Below, piece by piece: positions 19,638 to 25,731 of a stretch of DNA of 64,000 nucleotides (within the stretch, counting starts at the first letter, position 1; each line of letters begins with the position of its first letter). The DNA comes from a virus. The translations under genes were made by a program, and so were the position numbers. The notes below the pieces were generated by a model. The model worked only from the letters and a program-made list of their open reading frames with translations, was not told where the DNA came from and made no database searches. The stretch lies in IMG/VR virus record IMGVR_UViG_3300042553_000685; one strand, 5' to 3'.

Positions 19638-21374
19638 CTAGACAGGTTCCCAGGAGTACCAATCTACGCCATCCCATGTGAACTCTGCCTGTATACTCGT
19701 GCTGCTATTACCCAGCGTCAGTACGGTAACGGTAGTATTGGGATTCTTAACTAGAATATTAAACGCGGGCGCCAGATTCAGTATACGGAAGCGCGTACCC
19801 ACCGTAGGATTAAGCGGTAATAATACATCTCTGTTCGCACCATCAGGGTCTAGGTGTTGTGTACCGGCGCTAGATAATGTGAGAGTCAGCGCACCAGTGA
19901 GAGTCTGCCTATTCAGTGATACCTGATTACTGAGGTTAGCTGCGTTCCATCTACTGGTAGAGGCATTCCACGTCAACACCTGACCCTGTGCAGGGCTAGT
20001 GATAGCTACATCAGATAGGCCTGCCAGAGTGCCGCCTCCACTATTAACTGCACCCCAGCGTAAACCAGTAGCTGTAGTGCTATCGGCTAGTAGTACCTGG
20101 TCGTTGCTGCCTACAGGGAGCCGACTTAGTACTGTGGCGCCCTGTACCAATATATCCCCCTTAGCTACTGCGGGGATTAGAGTATTGAATCTAGTAGTTA
20201 CACGCGCATCAGTGTAGTAGAGATTAGTTGTACCCTCAGCTATATCATCAGTATCAGCGGGGGCCTGCCACCGTAGCCCCGTCGTCGTTGTAGAGTCAGC
20301 TACTAAGAAGGTGCCATTAGCCCCTATGGGCAGACGAGCATCAGTGGTACTATATGTATGTAGATCACCCTTAGTAGTAAGAGGGCTAGTGAAAGTAGAA
20401 CCGGTAGGTGTGGTAGGGACCCAGTTACTAGTTGTGCTATTCCACGCTAGGTATTGCCCATTAGTAGCTACTGTATTGCTGACATCCAGTAGATCAGATA
20501 ATTCCGCCAGCTCGATACGCGCATCTACTCGAGCGCTTGTATGATAGAGGTTAGCGCCCTCAGGTAGATTAGTAGTAGTGGCTGGACCCGCCGCCAGAGT
20601 AGTAGGTATCCAGTTACCACTCTGATATGCTAGAACCTGACCATTAGTTACGCCTGCAGTATTAACATCATTGAGGTCATTGAGCAGGGCTCTATCTAGC
20701 CGTAGCCACTCAGTACCATTAGAATAATAAGCACCCCCCGCGCCATTGACTGCAGCAAACATACCTCGGTAGGTATTAGCTGGCGGTAGACCACCTATAT
20801 TAGCTATATTGGTGCTCCACCTAATAGTGCCTGTAGTGTGGATATTATTATCACCATCTATTAGATTATTGAGCGCAGTCTGTGTGTTATTTACATCATT
20901 TAAATTATTGAGCGCTAGTAAATCCCCTCCACCAGATGCTGTAGCATTAACCCAGTTAGTACCATTCCATGTCAGGCTCTGCCCTATAACAGGGGTAGTT
21001 ATAGTCACATCACTCAGCGCATTAATACCAGTGCTGTTTATACGCGTGCGTACCCAGGCAGTAGTGGCTAACCGCGTGTTATTGTCGTTACTAGGAGGTG
21101 TGGGAGCAGTAGGGGCCCCGGTTAGTGCTGCGTTATTGATAGGGGCCCGTGTTGTCAGGCCGGGTACGGTAGGCGCTGTTGCTGTACCACCTAAGTCGCC
21201 GGTTAGCCTGATAGTACCTAGTACGCTGGCTGTAGCGGGCCCAGGTAATAGGGTACTCAGATTAATACGGTATGGTGTTACTGTTCCATTACGAATTAGT
21301 ACTATTACCATTGAGTCTCCAGTTATTATGCTAGGGAGTAGTGGTAATGCTAGTGCAGTATCTTGAATAGTCAT
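19638..21374 (-). CDS. tail fibre protein with internal sequence repeats
   Basis: 578 aa. Repeated L(S/N)D(V/L)xxxxxxxGQxLxWNxxxxxW(V/I)P units (ALSDVTITTPVIGQSLTWNGTNWVNA; LNDVNTAGVTNGQVLAYQSGNWIPT; LLDVSNTVATNGQYLAWNSTTSNWVPT; LSDVAITSPAQGQVLTWNASTSRWNA). Also two KGD(L/I)...RLP(I/V)G.N...L(V/L)ADSTT.TGLRW units. Both motif types are common in phage fibres. Confidence 0.7.
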   Translation of the reverse strand: MTIQDTALALPLLPSIITGDSMVIVLIRNGTVTPYRINLSTLLPGPATASVLGTIRLTGDLGGTATAPTVPGLTTRAPINNAALTGAPTAPTPPSNDNNTRLATTAWVRTRINSTGINALSDVTITTPVIGQSLTWNGTNWVNATASGGGDLLALNNLNDVNNTQTALNNLIDGDNNIHTTGTIRWSTNIANIGGLPPANTYRGMFAAVNGAGGAYYSNGTEWLRLDRALLNDLNDVNTAGVTNGQVLAYQSGNWIPTTLAAGPATTTNLPEGANLYHTSARVDARIELAELSDLLDVSNTVATNGQYLAWNSTTSNWVPTTPTGSTFTSPLTTKGDLHTYSTTDARLPIGANGTFLVADSTTTTGLRWQAPADTDDIAEGTTNLYYTDARVTTRFNTLIPAVAKGDILVQGATVLSRLPVGSNDQVLLADSTTATGLRWGAVNSGGGTLAGLSDVAITSPAQGQVLTWNASTSRWNAANLSNQVSLNRQTLTGALTLTLSSAGTQHLDPDGANRDVLLPLNPTVGTRFRILNLAPAFNILVKNPNTTVTVLTLGNSSTSIQAEFTWDGVDWYSWEPV

Positions 21375-21473
21375 ATAATTTGCGTTGTAGTGTGATGGTT
21401 AAATGTTGAGAGTCATATTAGATGCCTCTGGACTCTAACTTGTGGGATGACTTTCTTCTCCTACACTATATAT

Positions 21474-21479
21474 TATAAT
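21474..21479 (+). promoter_or_regulatory. candidate -10 box (TATAAT) for the plus-strand island
   Basis: TATAAT lies in the 147-nt divergent gap between the tail-fibre start (21374) and the first island gene (21522). No good -35 box. Confidence 0.25.
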
Positions 21480-21521
21480 ATTAGGGTAGTCCATATTTAA
21501 CCATAACCCTGGGAGCATAGA

Positions 21522-22337
21522 ATGACAACGATGCTTAGAAGAGTACAACGACTTTTAGACTCTGGCGATAGTGATAACGCTAGAGAAGAAATTGATAGAG
21601 CTTTCGGCAATCTGAGAAGGGTGGATAGTCATGTTAGAGAGTTTTCAGATCTGTTGGCACTGGGATCGATCAAAGCTTCAGAAATCGGCTTAGGGGTATT
21701 GGGACGTAAGCTTCTACAGAATGACAGCGAGATTAACAATGAGGTTGTTTGGTTATTTATTGCGTCAATTTTATCTCGCAATAGTATTCCCCCTGATAGT
21801 CCATCTAGAATCAGCCTACTTGTTCTTACCGCTTCTGTCAATAGTTGGGAATTACCAATTTTTGCGCTTCTTGCCCCTGCCCTCGACGCTTTTTTTAAAG
21901 TTAGTCTTGCGGACGGAACCCCTTTAATTGCCGAACAAACTTTTGATTTTTTGGCCACTTGGGGAAGAATTTATGCGAAAGCACCTCATGTCAAAACGCA
22001 GCTTCAAGAACTTCAATCTCTTAGTAATAATCTATTAGAGCAAGTAGATGACTCAGAGTTAAAAGCTGAATGGTCAGAGGGAATTAATATATTTTTTGAA
22101 GAAGCCAGTACAACCAAATATTCAGATAGTAATGTTTTTTCTGCTGGTGAAGAATTAATTAAAAAAATTTATAATACTCAAAGTTTACAGCGCAATACAG
22201 AAGATAAGAATTTGGCAGAGACAAAAGACAAGTTACTCCGATTAGTCACTTCGTCTCTTGCTACTATTGGAACAGTTCTTGGTAGTGATGGAGTCATACT
22301 AAATACGGTTCTTGATAATTCTAGTAAAATAATGTAA
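21522..22337 (+). CDS. hypothetical protein (271 aa), first gene of the low-GC island
   Basis: ATG preceded by GGGAG at a 7-nt spacing. Looks helical. No motif recognised. Confidence 0.6.
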   Translation: MTTMLRRVQRLLDSGDSDNAREEIDRAFGNLRRVDSHVREFSDLLALGSIKASEIGLGVLGRKLLQNDSEINNEVVWLFIASILSRNSIPPDSPSRISLLVLTASVNSWELPIFALLAPALDAFFKVSLADGTPLIAEQTFDFLATWGRIYAKAPHVKTQLQELQSLSNNLLEQVDDSELKAEWSEGINIFFEEASTTKYSDSNVFSAGEELIKKIYNTQSLQRNTEDKNLAETKDKLLRLVTSSLATIGTVLGSDGVILNTVLDNSSKIM

Positions 22338-22366
22338 GATTTAAGTAATGAATCAAGGAGGAAATC

Positions 22367-22621
22367 ATGAGTCAATTGCAAGACAGTGTTAACGAATTAG
22401 TTAAGTACATTCTTGAGTATGAAACTGATTATTGGAGTAAGTCAGATGTTCAATTAAGCAAAGAGGAAGCTGAAAACATGGCTGCTATTTTGATTGGCAA
22501 TTTAATTGATGACATTGAGGATGCTGACATTGAGGATGCTTATAATGAAATGTATGAACCACCAGATAATCCTGACCCACTTTATATGTATGACGTTCAG
22601 ACAAGGTGGACAATTTATTGA
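22367..22621 (+). CDS. small highly acidic protein (84 aa)
   Basis: Preceded by AATCAAGGAGGAAATC-ATG. Has D/E-rich runs (NLIDDIEDADIEDAYNEMYEPPDNPD). Confidence 0.6.
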   Translation: MSQLQDSVNELVKYILEYETDYWSKSDVQLSKEEAENMAAILIGNLIDDIEDADIEDAYNEMYEPPDNPDPLYMYDVQTRWTIY

Positions 22622-22672
22622 ATTTAGTTATCAGTTATCAGTTAAAAACAACAATAAATCAAGGAGAAAATT

Positions 22673-22864
22673 ATGAAGCTTGTTGCAGTAAATATGGACA
22701 CTACTACAATTAGTTATTACGCTAATTTTTACGCAGAACAATATCAAGATGCTAAACAAGAATTTGGGGAAAAGGCATGGAAAAAACGTGACGTTTTATA
22801 CTCGAAAATCAGAGAGTATAATAAAATTCTAGAACAACGTGGACTTGAAAAAGTAGAGGTGTAG
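22673..22864 (+). CDS. hypothetical protein (63 aa)
   Basis: Preceded by AATCAAGGAGAAAATT-ATG, the same leader motif as the previous gene. Confidence 0.5.
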   Translation: MKLVAVNMDTTTISYYANFYAEQYQDAKQEFGEKAWKKRDVLYSKIREYNKILEQRGLEKVEV

Positions 22865-22871
22865 GGACAAA

Positions 22872-22958
22872 ATGATGACAAATTCAGAAAAGCGACTATG
22901 GGGTATAATCTTTCGGATAACTATTCTGGTTTATATAGTAGTTTCAACGGCTTTATAG
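22872..22958 (+). CDS. candidate 28-aa hydrophobic mini-protein (not in the ORF track)
   Basis: Hand translation gives MMTNSEKRLWGIIFRITILVYIVVSTAL-stop. It starts 8 nt after the stop of the previous gene. Contains one TM-like segment. Confidence 0.3.
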   Translation: MMTNSEKRLWGIIFRITILVYIVVSTAL

Positions 22959-23203
22959 CTAGAATTTATAGATTCTCATAAAGACTATAAGGCTAATTTA
23001 AGGTCTACCATACGGTACTGTTTAGACAACAAATGAAAGTGTAATCATGGAAAAAGAAACTAAAAAGTGTGGAAAAACTTATCAATGTCATACTGATTTG
23101 ATAAGAACAAAGGACTTGTCAAAGGAACGGAAGAACAAGAGTCTGCTAATAGACTCAAAGCATATTTAGATTATTGCAAAAAACACCTAAAGGATTGGAA
23201 ACA

Positions 23204-23356
23204 ATGAGGTACAGAATCAGGACAATAGATAAAAAAAATAAGCCTTGCAGAATTAGAACATCTATGCACGAAAGCCGACTAATGGCTTACTTAGAAGCTC
23301 TAAGTCGCAGCGGGCACCATAGCATCGTAGTAAAGGAAACAGTAGGTATTTCCTAA
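23204..23356 (+). CDS. small basic protein (50 aa from the ATG; the track ORF starts at TTG 23174)
   Basis: MRYRIRTIDKKNKPCRIRT... An AAGGA lies about 9 nt upstream of ATG 23204. Confidence 0.35.
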   Translation: MRYRIRTIDKKNKPCRIRTSMHESRLMAYLEALSRSGHHSIVVKETVGIS

Positions 23357-23381
23357 TAATTTCACCCAACAGGAGTAACAA

Positions 23382-23744
23382 ATGGACATAAAACAAATAA
23401 CAGAGAAAATATTGGAATTCTGTCACAGAAGTTATCCAAATTTAAAATGGAATCTTGACTCTGAAAATAATATAATTCAGTGTCCACTTTTTCCTGATGA
23501 ATTAATAATAGAGGTTTTTCTGGATGGACTGCTTAAGCGTGTTTCATGCGAAGCGTATTATGTAGGCACGTTTGGATTATGGATAAACCCTGACGATAAA
23601 GACAATAACTATCCTTATGAGAATCAAATAGCATTTGATTATATTAGAAAGTCAAAATCTGATTATTTCGATAACAAATACAGAGAAACTCGAAAAGTAA
23701 TGCTGGACATTTTCACTTTCATTCTTGATGAGATTCAAGAGTAA
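23382..23744 (+). CDS. island paralogue family, member 1 (120 aa, divergent)
   Basis: SD CAGGAG upstream. The N-terminus ITEKILEFCHRSYPNLKWNL resembles ALKQIEVFCKETFKQPKNWSL of member 3. The C-terminal helix VMLDIFTFILDEI resembles KIMETILNFIK. Confidence 0.6.
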   Translation: MDIKQITEKILEFCHRSYPNLKWNLDSENNIIQCPLFPDELIIEVFLDGLLKRVSCEAYYVGTFGLWINPDDKDNNYPYENQIAFDYIRKSKSDYFDNKYRETRKVMLDIFTFILDEIQE

Positions 23745-23757
23745 ATAGTAGCAACAG

Positions 23758-24168
23758 ATGGGCACATGGGAAATGGATGTTTATGAAAAGATAGAGGTGT
23801 TAAAACAAATCGGGGTTTTTTGTGATAATGCCTATAAAATGGTTGATTACTCAAAATGGACTCTTAAACTAAGGCAAATAGATGTTTTCACCGACTTAGT
23901 ATTAGAAGGCTCTATCAATATTCTCTATCCAAACAAGCTAAAAGGAAGATACGATGTTTGGGTTGAGTATCGTTCTAAGTCATCTAAATCTTTAGTAGTT
24001 AGGGTAGAGGGGACAGCCACTGGGCATGATTGGGTTAAGATAGATTCGATTAAAAAAGAACCAAAAAGTGAAGGAGACAACAAAACCTTAAATATCTTGA
24101 TTCCAGAAACGACAAAAATAATGGAGACTATTTTAAGTTTCACCGAAACAATTAAATCTGAGGGTTAA
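23758..24168 (+). CDS. island paralogue family, member 2 (136 aa)
   Basis: Shares EVLKQIGVFC, ILYPNKLKGRYDVWVEY, VRVEG, WVKIDS and GDNKTLNILIPETTKIMETILSF with member 3. Confidence 0.65.
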   Translation: MGTWEMDVYEKIEVLKQIGVFCDNAYKMVDYSKWTLKLRQIDVFTDLVLEGSINILYPNKLKGRYDVWVEYRSKSSKSLVVRVEGTATGHDWVKIDSIKKEPKSEGDNKTLNILIPETTKIMETILSFTETIKSEG

Positions 24169-24173
24169 CGCTA

Positions 24174-24680
24174 ATGAACAAAACAGAAGCATTAAAACAA
24201 ATTGAGGTTTTCTGTAAAGAAACTTTTAAGCAGCCTAAAAATTGGAGTCTTGAAGCGCAGAAGCTTGGCGCAAGTTCCTACGACAAGGACACCAATACTT
24301 TCGAGCATTTATTAGATAGAGATGGGGAGATTGTCTTAAAAGGCGTGATTTTTGTTATTTATCCTAGCGAATTACTACAAGGAGTTTTTCCTCCTGACAT
24401 ATTAGTAGGAAGATATTATATTTCAATTAAATATATTTCCAATCTGTCCAACATTTTAGAGGCTAAAGTAGAAGGTTATTTAACACAAACTCAGAAGACT
24501 ATGTTGCTAATAGGAGATTATCGCCGAGAAAATAAAAGCTGGGTTCAGCTTACTTCAACTAAAGAAGAATCAGATGTTGCGGGAGATAACGAAGGTTTAA
24601 ATATCTTGATTCCAGAAGCGACAAAGATAATGGAGACTATTTTAAACTTTATTAAAACAACCGAGGTTACAGACACTTAA
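24174..24680 (+). CDS. island paralogue family, member 3 (168 aa)
   Basis: Shares EALKQIEVFC, VIYPSEL..VGRYYISIKY, AKVEG, WVQLTS and GDNEGLNILIPEATKIMETILNF with member 2. Starts 5 nt after the stop of member 2. Confidence 0.65.
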   Translation: MNKTEALKQIEVFCKETFKQPKNWSLEAQKLGASSYDKDTNTFEHLLDRDGEIVLKGVIFVIYPSELLQGVFPPDILVGRYYISIKYISNLSNILEAKVEGYLTQTQKTMLLIGDYRRENKSWVQLTSTKEESDVAGDNEGLNILIPEATKIMETILNFIKTTEVTDT

Positions 24681-24907
24681 AACAATGGCAACAAATGAAG
24701 AACTTAGAATAGACAATAAGTAGTTAAATATGTGTAATTAATTATCTCTAGCTACTTACATCTAATAGAGTATCGCCGGGATAACTCGTTGTATCCTGTA
24801 TGCCCGGTGTTATTTGTTCAGTTGCTAGTCTGAGTGATATCACAGGAGACCTGAGTTTGGCATTTGTACAGCCTTAATAGATACAGCGTCAGAACTATAC
24901 GCAGGTG

Positions 24908-25723
24908 CTAGCAATATACTAGATTCTGCCCTATTACTCTCATCAGTATACTGCCGGAGCCTAGACGACCACAACTTATATATAACCCATGTGAATTACC
25001 TACTATGCTCACTACGCCTCCAATTTCCAGCGGCCTATCTAACCATACTAGAAATGGCTGCGCCTTAATAAATTCATCGAGGACTACATCACTAGCTGGC
25101 TTTGGTCGATTCTCCCTACAACTTACATTAGGCCTGGGGGTTATAGTGCGGGCTACAGTACTGGTATTATTAGTTATACCAAATACACCATTGTCAGTAG
25201 AGTCCCCTATTTTATACGACACTATACAGTGCAGATCCAGTGGGTAGTTAACATTGTATGCCTCAGTCGAATAACCTATATAATTAAACACATAGCCGTT
25301 CTGGTCTGGTACACCTGAGTTCAGACGTATCTGTAGTATACCTAGACCCGCATTAGAGGCACACATATATACAACTCGCTCACCTGTTAGGTTAGGTATG
25401 ACATATGGGTTCTGCACAGGAACAAATGGGCCCGGCGTAGTTTCATTGTGAGGATATACCCCTACTATGCGTAAATTGTTGTCAAATAGCACACGAGTCT
25501 TACCATCACTAGCAGTAGTTGTAACGGCTCCAGTTATAAGCTCTCGGGAAGGTATACGTGCGTGGAACCCCATAACATTAGGTAATACTTCATTATTAGC
25601 AGCACCTAGCGCTGTGTCTAGAAACTCTACTAACTGAGAACGCGTGATATCTATACCAGGACTGGGGCCTGATTTATAACCAAAGTACGTAATGCCGTTT
25701 ATTGTGTTTATTGGAGTAATCAT
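24908..25723 (-). CDS. hypothetical distal tail protein (271 aa)
   Basis: Last gene of the baseplate/fibre operon, 8 nt downstream of the 936-aa gene. Uses the core phage codon style. Confidence 0.6.
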   Translation of the reverse strand: MITPINTINGITYFGYKSGPSPGIDITRSQLVEFLDTALGAANNEVLPNVMGFHARIPSRELITGAVTTTASDGKTRVLFDNNLRIVGVYPHNETTPGPFVPVQNPYVIPNLTGERVVYMCASNAGLGILQIRLNSGVPDQNGYVFNYIGYSTEAYNVNYPLDLHCIVSYKIGDSTDNGVFGITNNTSTVARTITPRPNVSCRENRPKPASDVVLDEFIKAQPFLVWLDRPLEIGGVVSIVGNSHGLYISCGRLGSGSILMRVIGQNLVYC

Positions 25724-25731
25724 CGAATTTG

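Noticed and set aside
20809-21366. 185-aa plus-strand ORF (plus others at 19678-19926, 19999-20217 and 20311-20544)
   Set aside because: All lie antisense within the tail-fibre gene. They have no start context and give low-complexity translations. Long antisense ORFs are expected with this codon bias.
19638-21374. Diversity-generating retroelement targeting the fibre or the 936-aa C-terminus
   Set aside because: No reverse-transcriptase ORF (no YxDD-type motif) and no template/variable repeat pair were found by eye in this window. An element elsewhere in the genome cannot be excluded.
24760-24830. Intrinsic terminator closing the island (ccggg...cccgg followed by ttatttgtt)
   Set aside because: The stem is only 5 bp with a ~22-nt loop, and competing pairings exist. 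That is too weak to call as a feature, although some terminator for the convergent transcripts is expected in this 227-nt gap.
21375-24907. Island as an integrated mobile element with att-like flanking repeats
   Set aside because: No integrase, transposase or homing-endonuclease ORF is present. I found only a trivial 7-nt match (gttaaat) between the two borders.
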